Below, one piece after another: positions 48,888-57,280 of a DNA stretch of 64,000 nucleotides (positions within the stretch are counted from its first letter, which is position 1; each line of letters starts with the position of its first letter). Source of the stretch: a virus; IMG/VR virus record IMGVR_UViG_3300021963_004854, positions 32,001 to 96,000 of that record. One strand, 5' to 3'. The notes under the pieces were generated by a model. It ran no database searches, had not been told where the DNA came from, and worked only from the letters and a program-made list of their open reading frames with translations. A program made the translations under genes and the position numbers.

Positions 48888-49467
48888 AAGTCCTTCGAAA
48901 GCTAGATTCTTTGCGCAGCCAGTAGCTACCGCAGTAAATCTATATCTTTGCGGCGAAATCAAAGCCGCAGAAGAATATGTAGAGTGGTTTCAGTTGTTCC
49001 GTGCTGCGGGTGAAAATGATATCATTTACATTCGTATCAACAGTGAGGGTGGCGACTTGTTTGCCGCTCTACAGATAGTAAGAGCAATTCAAGAATCGAA
49101 TGCTACTATTGTCTGTTCGGTAGAAGGCATTTGTATGTCGGCTGCAACTCTTATCTTCCTTAGTGCGGACCGCTTCGAACTCTCTGACCACACTATGTTC
49201 ATGTTCCACAACTATTCGAGTGGTACCATTGGCAAAGGTGGTGAAATGTATGACCAAATCACCCACTTCCGGTCATGGTCTGAGAAACTATTCACTTCAT
49301 TCTATAAGGACTTCCTGACGCCAGAAGAAATCAAATCGATGCTTGACAACAAGGATATCTGGCTTGACGCGGAAGAAGTTGCGAAGCGTTTGAAGAACCG
49401 CATCGAAGCAGACGCGGGAGAAGCTCCTAAGCCTAAAAAGACAAGGAAGAAAGCCGTTCCTGCATAA
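48874..49467 (+). CDS. ClpP-like serine protease
   Basis: IRINSEGGD, GICMSAATLIF (Ser), FMFH (His), KDIWLDAEE; probable start 48874. Confidence 0.82.
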   Translation: MNEFESPSKARFFAQPVATAVNLYLCGEIKAAEEYVEWFQLFRAAGENDIIYIRINSEGGDLFAALQIVRAIQESNATIVCSVEGICMSAATLIFLSADRFELSDHTMFMFHNYSSGTIGKGGEMYDQITHFRSWSEKLFTSFYKDFLTPEEIKSMLDNKDIWLDAEEVAKRLKNRIEADAGEAPKPKKTRKKAVPA

Positions 49468-49474
49468 ATACTAC

Positions 49475-49503
49475 TTGACATTCATTCACGAATCGAGTAG
49501 TAT
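49475..49503 (+). promoter_or_regulatory. Early sigma70-like promoter with CGAATCG spacer motif
   Basis: TTGACA-ttcattca-CGAATCG-ag-TAGTAT. Confidence 0.8.
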
Positions 49504-49509
49504 ATAAAC

Positions 49510-50115
49510 ATGATTGGTTTTAAACAGTTTCTAAGTGAGTCGCAAGACGGTGCCGGGTTAACTATCTGGGACATTGACGAAACTTTATTTAAGACCACCG
49601 CCCGCGTCCACATCATCAAAGATGGTAAGATTATCAAGACGCTAGGCAACAAACAATATAATACATATCATTTACAGCCGGGTGAGTCCTTCGACTTTAG
49701 AGAGTTTAGGGACGCCCGGCATTTTCAATCTACCAGCGAACCCATCGCAAAAGCGATTCGCAAACTGATAGCAATGCATAAGAATATCAAGGCCAAAGGT
49801 AGCAAGATGGTTGTCATTACAGCCCGCTCCGACTTTGATGACCGTGATATTTTTCTAGACACATTCCGTAAGCAAGGCATTGATATCGATGATATCCATG
49901 TCCATCGTGCTGGCAATCTTGGTGCCATGCCCTCTGCGGCTGCTAAGAAAATCTACATCAAACAATACCTTGACACTGGTAAATATACTCGCGCCCGTCT
50001 CTTTGATGACGCGGTGTCCAATCTCCAGATGTTCAAGGACTTGGCTCATGAATATCCAAACGTGAAGTTTGAGCCTTTCCTGGCTCACGAAGATGGTTCA
50101 ATGACTCGTTTTTAA
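49510..50115 (+). CDS. HAD-superfamily phosphatase-like protein
   Basis: WDIDETL (motif I), ITAR (II), K (III), LFDD..SNL (IV). Confidence 0.75.
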   Translation: MIGFKQFLSESQDGAGLTIWDIDETLFKTTARVHIIKDGKIIKTLGNKQYNTYHLQPGESFDFREFRDARHFQSTSEPIAKAIRKLIAMHKNIKAKGSKMVVITARSDFDDRDIFLDTFRKQGIDIDDIHVHRAGNLGAMPSAAAKKIYIKQYLDTGKYTRARLFDDAVSNLQMFKDLAHEYPNVKFEPFLAHEDGSMTRF

Positions 50116-50116
50116 C

Positions 50117-50144
50117 TTGACATTACCATCGATTCGTCTATACT
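50117..50144 (+). promoter_or_regulatory. Early sigma70-like promoter with CGATTCG spacer motif
   Basis: TTGACA-ttaccat-CGATTCG-tc-TATACT. Confidence 0.8.
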
Positions 50145-50165
50145 AATAATAGAAGGAGAATGATT

Positions 50166-50507
50166 ATGATTAAGTCTATTGTTTCTAGTTTGATTGCTGT
50201 TAGTGTTCTTGCTACGCCTGTAGCCGCCGAGGCTCGTGGTCGGGACCATCAGCGCACCGAACATCGCCAGCGCGGTTTGAATACCGGCGAAGCGATTGCT
50301 CTAGGTGTCGGTGCTTTTATTCTTGGTGCTGCTATTAAAAGTGATAGGAACCGAGAGCGCGAAGTCGAACGTGAAGTTTATGACCGCGAGTATGACTACC
50401 ATATCCGCCGCCGCGAATACACTCGCACTTGCTATGAGTATCGGTCACCCGTTTATGACCGTTATGGTCGTTTTGTTTATAATGAAATTTACACCCGCTG
50501 CAATTAA
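50166..50507 (+). CDS. Small exported protein (signal peptide; Arg/Tyr-rich)
   Basis: Signal peptide ending ATPVAAEA; hydrophobic AIALGVGAFILGAAI segment; AAGGAG SD. Confidence 0.75.
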   Translation: MIKSIVSSLIAVSVLATPVAAEARGRDHQRTEHRQRGLNTGEAIALGVGAFILGAAIKSDRNREREVEREVYDREYDYHIRRREYTRTCYEYRSPVYDRYGRFVYNEIYTRCN

Positions 50508-50516
50508 ACGAATCAC

Positions 50517-50545
50517 TTGACATTTGGTCGCGAATCGACTATAGT
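50517..50545 (+). promoter_or_regulatory. Early sigma70-like promoter with CGAATCG spacer motif
   Basis: GAATCac-TTGACA-tttggtcg-CGAATCG-ac-TATAGT. Confidence 0.88.
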
Positions 50546-50580
50546 AAATAATGTGATTGATTGATTGAAGAGGTGTTGTT

Positions 50581-52800
50581 ATGTCCCAGTTTGCTGAAAA
50601 GTCGATTCTCGCCAAGTTGTTGGCGACCGAAAACGTTCACGTTGAACACCAGAAGGTAAGCACCGCTTACTTCAATCTTGAAAGCCGCACGGTCGTGTTG
50701 CCGATTTTCAAAGAAATGTCGGCTGACCTTTACGACCTGCTGATCGGCCACGAAGTCGGTCACGCTCTCGAAACACCCGCACAGGGCTGGCACTCCAGCA
50801 TTTCTGAAAAAGGTCAGGGCTTCAAGTCTTTCCTTAATATCATTGAAGACGCCCGTATTGAGCGCAAGATGAAGACCCGTTATCCTGGTCTTCGTCGGTC
50901 GTTCTACAATGGCTACAAGGAGTTGTTCGAACAGAACTTCTTCGGTGTAGAAGGTATGGACGTTAACAAGTTGAAGTTTATCGACCGCATCAACCTCAAC
51001 GCTAAGGTTGGTTCGTTCCTCAACATCAAGTTCTCGCCTGAGGAACAGGTAATCGTTGATCGCCTCGACACCCTCGAAACGTGGGATGATGTGGTCGCTC
51101 TCGCTACCGAACTCTACGACCGTGCCGACCAATCGACCGAAGAATATGACTTCGAACAGTTCCTCAACCAGTTCCAGATGGACGGTGATGACGACGGCGA
51201 GTTTGATCCTACGGCTGAATATATCGAAGTTCCTTCTGATGGTCAAGCTAATACTGATAAGCCTGAACGTCAAGCGCCTCCTTCTAAGGGTCAGAAGTCC
51301 GAAGATAAGAAGGAAGATGAATCGAAGTCTTCCTCGTCGGACAGCACCGATGAGAAGACCGATGAAAAGAGCGATGACTCGACCGAAGATAGCAATTCTG
51401 ACGGTGAAAAGCAAGAGAAAATTGAACCAACTTCGTTCACCGACGAAAACTTCCGTGAGAACGAGGACAGCCTCGTGGATCAAAGCGCCCGTGAGACGTT
51501 TTATGCCAAGCTCCCTGTTCTGAACCCTGCTGATTATGTTATCGGCATCAACACCGTCGAGAAGATGATGACCTTCTCTGTCGGTGGCACTGCTAGCCGC
51601 ACTGGCAAGACTGCCGACCAGGTCAAGATGGAACTCTACAAAGAGTTTCTGGCTAAGAACGGCAAGTATCTGTCTGCCATGGCACAAGATTTCGAACGTA
51701 AGAAGAAAGCCCAGTCGCTTATGCGCGCCCAGACTTCTAAGACTGGTCGCATCAACATGGACAAGGTATGGGCTTACAAGATTACCGAAGACCTGTTCCT
51801 TCAGAACACGGTTGTTCCAAATGGTCAGAACCATGGTATGCTTCTGTACCTCGATATGTCGGGTAGTATGAACTCAAACATGGCTGGTACCATGGAGCAG
51901 CTGGTTCTTCTGGCTTCGTTCTGCCAGAAAGTCCGTATCCCATTCGAAGTTTATGGTTTCATTTCTTCCAATGGTGTTCCTCATGATTATTACAACTCGG
52001 TTCGTGGGCGTAATAATTACTCAGATGACAAGAACCTGGTCATCGCAGACGGTAGTTTCCGTCTGCTCCAGCTTGTGGCTACTGGCGTTTCTGGTGGTAA
52101 GTTCAAGACCCAGATGGCAAACCTTCTGGCCCTTGGCAAGTCTTATGACCGTAATTTCTATGACCTCTATCTAGATGGCGATGCTGCTAACGCTTTCAGT
52201 CTTGGTAGCACTCCGCTAGAAGAAGCCATTCTGATCGGTCGCTATATCGCTGAAGGCTTCAAGACTCGTAACCGCATTGAAGTTCTCTCATCGGTGTTCC
52301 TGACTGACGGTGAAGGTGATTGCAACTTCGAAACTGCTGGTAGCAATGATGCCTATCGTAAGAACCTTGCGATTGTTGATACCAAGACTCGTCGCACCTT
52401 TACGCAGCCCTATGACGGCAGTGGTAGCTATCGTAGCAAGTCTTATTGCAAGGCTCTTCTTGACTTGTACCGTGAAACTACTGGTTCGCGAGTGATTAAT
52501 TTTTACCTGATTAATCCATATGAATTCAAGTATTTTCTTAATCGTTCGCTTGTCTTTGGTGCAGATGCAGAAGTTGCTCGTAAGACTTTTCGTAAGGAAA
52601 GTGCCGCACTTCTAAAGAATATCAATGGCTTTGATGACCTGTTTGTGATTAAGGCTGGCCGCGACCTTCAAGTTACCGAAGATACTCTCACGGTAGACTC
52701 GACCGACAAGAAGGAACTGACCAAGGCTTTCAAGGCGTTTCAAGATAAGAAAGCAATTGGTCGTGTGATTCTTACAAAAATGGTTGAGGCTGTGGCGTAA
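50581..52800 (+). CDS. CobT-like protein: N-terminal HEXXH zincin domain, acidic linker, VWA domain
   Basis: LAKLLATEN, HEVGHAL, NIIEDARIE, MIDAS LDMSGSM, STPL, FLTDGEG. Confidence 0.85.
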   Translation: MSQFAEKSILAKLLATENVHVEHQKVSTAYFNLESRTVVLPIFKEMSADLYDLLIGHEVGHALETPAQGWHSSISEKGQGFKSFLNIIEDARIERKMKTRYPGLRRSFYNGYKELFEQNFFGVEGMDVNKLKFIDRINLNAKVGSFLNIKFSPEEQVIVDRLDTLETWDDVVALATELYDRADQSTEEYDFEQFLNQFQMDGDDDGEFDPTAEYIEVPSDGQANTDKPERQAPPSKGQKSEDKKEDESKSSSSDSTDEKTDEKSDDSTEDSNSDGEKQEKIEPTSFTDENFRENEDSLVDQSARETFYAKLPVLNPADYVIGINTVEKMMTFSVGGTASRTGKTADQVKMELYKEFLAKNGKYLSAMAQDFERKKKAQSLMRAQTSKTGRINMDKVWAYKITEDLFLQNTVVPNGQNHGMLLYLDMSGSMNSNMAGTMEQLVLLASFCQKVRIPFEVYGFISSNGVPHDYYNSVRGRNNYSDDKNLVIADGSFRLLQLVATGVSGGKFKTQMANLLALGKSYDRNFYDLYLDGDAANAFSLGSTPLEEAILIGRYIAEGFKTRNRIEVLSSVFLTDGEGDCNFETAGSNDAYRKNLAIVDTKTRRTFTQPYDGSGSYRSKSYCKALLDLYRETTGSRVINFYLINPYEFKYFLNRSLVFGADAEVARKTFRKESAALLKNINGFDDLFVIKAGRDLQVTEDTLTVDSTDKKELTKAFKAFQDKKAIGRVILTKMVEAVA

Positions 52801-52807
52801 GAATCAC

Positions 52808-52836
52808 TTGACATTTACCCGCGAATCGCTTATAGT
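52808..52836 (+). promoter_or_regulatory. Early sigma70-like promoter with CGAATCG spacer motif
   Basis: GAATCac-TTGACA-tttacccg-CGAATCG-ct-TATAGT. Confidence 0.88.
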
Positions 52837-52884
52837 AGTATTTGTTGATTGATGATGTTTGTTTATGAAAAAGGTGATTTTATT

Positions 52885-54057
52885 ATGATTAATACCCGTG
52901 AAGCCATGCTGGCTGCTCTTCGTGCCGCTGATACTAATAGTGGCGTTTTCCGTAAGCGCGATGTGATCGCTGTGTCAAATGCTCTCGGCTTCAAGAGCCG
53001 TGCTGCCGACAAAATCATGGAAGAAGGCCTTAAGGTCTCCCGTGGCGTTTATGACCTCTCGCCTCTGATGGCGGGCATCTCGCCTGTCGCCGCTCCAGTA
53101 ACTCAGCCAGTTGCTGAGATTATCACGAAGCCCACTGCAAAGATTGTTACCCAGGCTAAGATGGAAGTCACTGTCGATAATCTGGTTCCTCGTCTTGACC
53201 CGACTTTCGTTCCGTTCGGTTTCTACCGCGACCTTATCAAGGTTCTCAAGGCGGAAGCCTTCTATCCCACGTTCATCTCTGGTCTGTCTGGTAACGGTAA
53301 GACCACGATGGTCGAACAGGCTTGCGCTAAGTTGAAGCGTGAATGCCTCCGTGTCAACATCTCGGTCGAAACGGACGAGGATGACCTGATTGGTGGCAAT
53401 ACCCTTGTCGATGGCAACGTGGTGTACCGCGAAGGCCCTGTTCTCACTGCCATGAAGCGTGGTGCAATTCTTATTCTTGATGAAATCGACCGCGGTTCGA
53501 ACAAGATGATGTGCCTTCAGGCAATTCTCGAAGGTAAGCCTTACTTCAATAAGAAGACTGGTGAGACAATCTTCCCTGCTAAGGGCTTCAACGTGATTGC
53601 CACGGCTAACACTAAGGGTCGTGGTTCCGACGATGGTAAATTCATCTCGGCCCAGATTCTTGATGACGCCTTCCTTGAGCGTTTCGCCATCACGGTTGAA
53701 CAAGAATATCCTTCTGCAAAGATTGAAAAGCAGATTGTCATGAACAAGATGGAAAAGGTTGCTGCGGTTGATGAAGAATTCGCCGACAACCTGGTGACTT
53801 GGGCTGAAATCATCCGTAAGACTTTCTACGATGGTGGTATTGACGACCTGATTTCTACTCGCCGTCTTGAACATATTGTCAACGCCTTTGCCATGTTCAA
53901 GTCGCGCCAGAAGGCAGTCGAACTCTGCGTTAACCGCTTTGATGCTGATACAAAGTCGGCATTCCTCGACCTCTACACCAAGGTCGATGCTAAGGTAGAC
54001 ACTGGTCCTACCGATAACGTCAATGAAGACGCATTTTTTGAAGAAACCCCTTTCTAA
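52885..54057 (+). CDS. cobS: MoxR-type AAA+ ATPase (phage CobS-like)
   Basis: GLSGNGKT, ETDEDDLIGG, LILDEID, ATANTKGRG, AFLERF, ISTRRL. Confidence 0.9.
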   Translation: MINTREAMLAALRAADTNSGVFRKRDVIAVSNALGFKSRAADKIMEEGLKVSRGVYDLSPLMAGISPVAAPVTQPVAEIITKPTAKIVTQAKMEVTVDNLVPRLDPTFVPFGFYRDLIKVLKAEAFYPTFISGLSGNGKTTMVEQACAKLKRECLRVNISVETDEDDLIGGNTLVDGNVVYREGPVLTAMKRGAILILDEIDRGSNKMMCLQAILEGKPYFNKKTGETIFPAKGFNVIATANTKGRGSDDGKFISAQILDDAFLERFAITVEQEYPSAKIEKQIVMNKMEKVAAVDEEFADNLVTWAEIIRKTFYDGGIDDLISTRRLEHIVNAFAMFKSRQKAVELCVNRFDADTKSAFLDLYTKVDAKVDTGPTDNVNEDAFFEETPF

Positions 54058-54066
54058 GGAGAACCT

Positions 54067-54588
54067 ATGACAATTGATTATAAGTATAACGAGGGTGACC
54101 TGCTTCGGCAGGTCACCGAGTATGTCAACGCCACTTATGGCCAGCACTACTCGCAGAACAAGTACCAAGCCACCGAGTTTATCATTGATGGTGGACATGG
54201 TGTAGGCTTCACGATTGGAAACATCATGAAGTATGCCCAGCGTTACAGTCATAAGGGAACACCCGAAGAATGGCGTAAAGACCTCATGAAGGTTGTTCAC
54301 TATGCCATCATTGCTCTTTATGTTCATGACAAGACCTATGGACCTAAAGAGATTAATCTAACAGACCTTCTCAAGGAAGTCAAGATTCCTACCACGGACT
54401 TTTCTGAATTGAATCCAGCTAGATTGAAGACTTCCCTTTCTACTGTAGACACTATTAATATTCGTCCAGAAGATACAATTGTTCCTAATTGGCACGATTA
54501 CAATATGGGTACCACTTCTCTCTTGACTTCCGATGAAAGTTCTAGTATAACAATTACTGGTACTAAGACCAAAAAGAAAAAAGGTTAA
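54067..54588 (+). CDS. DUF3310-like protein with C-terminal extension
   Basis: YKYNE, TY.QHYS, GF.IGNIMKYAQRY..KG, DLMKV.HYAII. Confidence 0.75.
   Translation: MTIDYKYNEGDLLRQVTEYVNATYGQHYSQNKYQATEFIIDGGHGVGFTIGNIMKYAQRYSHKGTPEEWRKDLMKVVHYAIIALYVHDKTYGPKEINLTDLLKEVKIPTTDFSELNPARLKTSLSTVDTINIRPEDTIVPNWHDYNMGTTSLLTSDESSSITITGTKTKKKKG
54523..54551 (+). promoter_or_regulatory. Putative sigma70-like promoter for gp45
   Basis: TTGACT-17-TATAAC. Confidence 0.55.
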
Positions 54589-54594
54589 TATATT

Positions 54595-55254
54595 ATGAAA
54601 ATTTCCAACGAAACACTTTCCCTTCTCAAGAACTACGCTGGCATCAATACAAATATTCTGTTTCGGCAGGGTAATGTTATTGGTACTGTAAGTCCTGGGA
54701 AGAACATCTTTTCACGCGCCACGGTCACCGAAACCTTTCCGCGTGAAATTGCCGTCTATGACCTGAACAGCCTTCTGGCACTTCTGACCCTCATGGAAGA
54801 TCAGGACGTAGATTTTGGCGAGAACAGCATCAAGGTTAGTAAGGATGGGTCGAAGTTCGAATACTTCTATTCTGATCCTGGCACCGTGACCGCTGCTCCC
54901 GACAAGAACCTTGAGATTGAACCTGTGTGGTCGTTCGATCTTTCGTCGGATGAAATCAGTATGATTCTCCGCGCCGCATCAATCACCTCGGCACCAATCA
55001 TCAGCATTGTATCGGATGGCGCCCAGGTTCAACTCAAGGTTGGCGACCCCACCAATTCATCGGCAAACTCATACACTAAGACTATCAGCACCGATGCTGC
55101 TCCTGTGTTTGATTGCCGAGTGAAGACCGAGAACCTCAAGGTCCTGTCTGATAACTACACTGTCACGCTTGGTAAGAAGCGCGCCATGGAGTTTAAGAGC
55201 AAGGGTCGTGAACTCGTTTATTATATTGCCATGGACCCTGCGTCCTCTATCTAA
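54595..55254 (+). CDS. gp45: Sliding clamp gp45
   Basis: MKISNETL.LLKNY..IN..I, FP.E.AVYDLN.LL, YYIAM. Confidence 0.93.
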   Translation: MKISNETLSLLKNYAGINTNILFRQGNVIGTVSPGKNIFSRATVTETFPREIAVYDLNSLLALLTLMEDQDVDFGENSIKVSKDGSKFEYFYSDPGTVTAAPDKNLEIEPVWSFDLSSDEISMILRAASITSAPIISIVSDGAQVQLKVGDPTNSSANSYTKTISTDAAPVFDCRVKTENLKVLSDNYTVTLGKKRAMEFKSKGRELVYYIAMDPASSI

Positions 55255-55265
55255 GGTGATATAAT

Positions 55266-55496
55266 ATGATTGTGACCTATCTGCCATGGCTAATGTCTTG
55301 TCTGACAATTTGGATGACACTACTTGCTGGAAACAACCATCCAGGTGCCTGGGCAGTAGGTCTAGTCAATCAAGTGTTCTGGGTGACATGGATTATTGCT
55401 AGTCAAACTTGGGGATTAATTCCTATGAGTATTGCACTAGGTATTGTTTATGCCCGTAATCACTTCAAGTGGAATCCCACAGAAGATATTAAATAA
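55266..55496 (+). CDS. Small 3-TM membrane protein (PnuC-half-like)
   Basis: Three hydrophobic segments; W..GLVNQ..W...WG; C-terminal W. Confidence 0.55.
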   Translation: MIVTYLPWLMSCLTIWMTLLAGNNHPGAWAVGLVNQVFWVTWIIASQTWGLIPMSIALGIVYARNHFKWNPTEDIK

Positions 55497-55514
55497 AATT
55501 TAAGGAGATATAAT

Positions 55515-55682
55515 ATGACAAAGCTAGAATTCACTCTTAACGCCCGTGTTCCCTATGATGCCGAAGAAGATGCTCGGTCGGTAGACATTTCGTTTACTAC
55601 TGCCGATGCCGCAGAAGTTATTCGCCAGTTCAATAAGTTTCTTATTCTTAATGATCTAGATATTCAGGTTACGGTAGCATAA
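55515..55682 (+). CDS. Small hypothetical protein (55 aa, not in the ORF track)
   Basis: TAAGGAG SD; MTKLEFTLNARVPY...; TAATG overlap with the peroxiredoxin gene. Confidence 0.7.
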   Translation: MTKLEFTLNARVPYDAEEDARSVDISFTTADAAEVIRQFNKFLILNDLDIQVTVA

Positions 55683-56263
55683 TGGTAGAAACAGTTTCCT
55701 ATTTGTCAAAGTGGGACACTGAGCCACAGGAAGTAAAACTTCCTGGGGTAGTCCCTGCCGAAGTCTTTAAGACTCGCGTCCGTGACAATTCGATTGAAGG
55801 TCCAAATCCTTTCCGTTGGGAAGATAAGACCACTTATGATTACTTCTCTGGTAAGCGGGTGGTTCTCTTCTCTCTTCCGGGTGCTTTCACTCCAACTTGT
55901 TCGACCTACCAGTTGCCAGGTTTTGAAAGCAACTTTGCGGAATTTAAGGCACTAGGTATCAAAGACATTTATTGTGTGTCCGTGAATGATGCCTTTGTTA
56001 TGAATTGCTGGGCCAAGGATCAGAAGATCAAGAAGGTCAAGATGATTCCTGATGGTTCGGCTAAGTTTACTCGCCAGATGGGAATGTTGGTAGAGAAAGA
56101 CAATCTTGGTTTTGGTTTTCGCTCTTGGCGCTATGCATGTGTTGTCAATAACGGCCTTATTGAGAAGTGGTTTGTTGAACCTGGTATGGAAGATAACTGC
56201 GAAACTGATCCTTACGGTGAAACTTCGCCTGAAAACATTCTTGACTGGTTGCGCAACAACTGA
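55682..56263 (+). CDS. Peroxiredoxin (Prx5/Redoxin type)
   Basis: FSLPGAFTPTCS, SVNDAFVM..W, PDG...FT, GFG.RSWRYA. Confidence 0.93.
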   Translation: MVETVSYLSKWDTEPQEVKLPGVVPAEVFKTRVRDNSIEGPNPFRWEDKTTYDYFSGKRVVLFSLPGAFTPTCSTYQLPGFESNFAEFKALGIKDIYCVSVNDAFVMNCWAKDQKIKKVKMIPDGSAKFTRQMGMLVEKDNLGFGFRSWRYACVVNNGLIEKWFVEPGMEDNCETDPYGETSPENILDWLRNN

Positions 56264-56269
56264 TATAGT
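56241..56269 (+). promoter_or_regulatory. Sigma70-like promoter for gp44-62-regA
   Basis: TTGACT-17-TATAGT. Confidence 0.75.
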
Positions 56270-56274
56270 GAATG

Positions 56275-56321
56275 CTGGTCACTAAGCCAGAGTTCGTGGA
56301 TGCACTAACATCGCGACGGAC
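56275..56321 (+). promoter_or_regulatory. Structured 5' leader: two hairpins with identical CACTAA loops
   Basis: CTGGT-CACTAA-GCCAG and GTTCGT.GATG-CACTAA-CATC...ACGGAC. Confidence 0.65.
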
Positions 56322-56347
56322 ATTTTATTTTATTATGGAGAATGAAT

Positions 56348-57280
56348 ATGCGTGAAGACTTCCTCTGGGTTGAGAAGTATCGTCCTCGTAAGCTGGACGA
56401 TTGTATCCTTCCCGACGAACAACTGAATACCTTTCGCCAGTTTGTGGCGACTGGTGAAATTCCCAATATGCTCCTCTGTGGTTCGGCTGGTGTAGGTAAG
56501 ACTACTATCGCCCGTGCCATTTGTGAGGAACTTGGTTGTGACTATATCGTTATCAACGGTTCAGAAGAATCTGGTATCGATGTTCTCCGCACCAAGATTC
56601 GAGAGTTTGCATCCTCTGTCTCGTTTAGCGGCAAGACTAAGGTTGTCATTCTAGACGAAGCCGATTACCTGAATCCAAACTCTACGCAGCCAGCCCTTCG
56701 TGCCTTCATTGAAGAGTTTGCTAACAACTGCCGCTTCATCTTTACCTGCAACTTCAAGAACCGCATCATTGCACCTCTGCATAGTCGGACTGCGGTGATT
56801 GAATTCAAGTTGACTAAGGCTGACCGACCCAAGATGGCTGGTCGTTTCATGAAGCGCCTTGGCGACATTCTTGAAGCCGAGAATGTGCAATATGATGACA
56901 AGGTTGTAGCGGAAGTCCTTAAGAAGCACTTCCCAGATTATCGCCGTGTTCTTAATGAACTCCAGAGATACAGCGTAGGCGGTGTTATCGATGCTGGCAT
57001 TCTAGCCAACGTCCAAGAAATCAACATGAAAGAACTTGTTGATGCCCTTCGTGGCAAAGACTTCCGCAAGGTGCGCCAGTGGGTCGTAGATAATATCGAC
57101 AACGATCCTGGTATCATCTTCCGTAAGATTTACGATACACTCCTGGATGATGTGAAGTATCCATCGGCTCTGATTATTCTTCTGGCCGATTATCAATACA
57201 AGTCTGCTTTTGCTGCTAACCAAGAAATCAATCTCGTGGCCTGTTTGGTTGAGATTATGGCTGGGGTGGAGTGGAAGTAA
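56348..57280 (+). CDS. gp44: Clamp loader large subunit gp44
   Basis: LWVEKYRP, GSAGVGKTT, INGS, ILDEAD, Q.ALRAFIEEF, PLHSR, FPDYRR. Confidence 0.97.
   Translation: MREDFLWVEKYRPRKLDDCILPDEQLNTFRQFVATGEIPNMLLCGSAGVGKTTIARAICEELGCDYIVINGSEESGIDVLRTKIREFASSVSFSGKTKVVILDEADYLNPNSTQPALRAFIEEFANNCRFIFTCNFKNRIIAPLHSRTAVIEFKLTKADRPKMAGRFMKRLGDILEAENVQYDDKVVAEVLKKHFPDYRRVLNELQRYSVGGVIDAGILANVQEINMKELVDALRGKDFRKVRQWVVDNIDNDPGIIFRKIYDTLLDDVKYPSALIILLADYQYKSAFAANQEINLVACLVEIMAGVEWK

Noticed and set aside
50112-50126. CtrA-like box TTAA-N7-TTAC overlapping a -35
   Set aside because: Imperfect, single instance, and expected by chance in AT-rich promoter DNA
50539-51834. 431-aa minus-strand ORF
   Set aside because: Antisense shadow of the CobT-like gene caused by its codon bias; no SD or recognisable motifs
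52885-54057. Cobalamin biosynthesis auxiliary gene
   Set aside because: No cobN or other cob genes here; better read as a MoxR/VWA chaperone pair
52975-54327. 450-aa minus-strand ORF
   Set aside because: Antisense shadow of the MoxR ATPase/DUF3310 genes; no independent evidence
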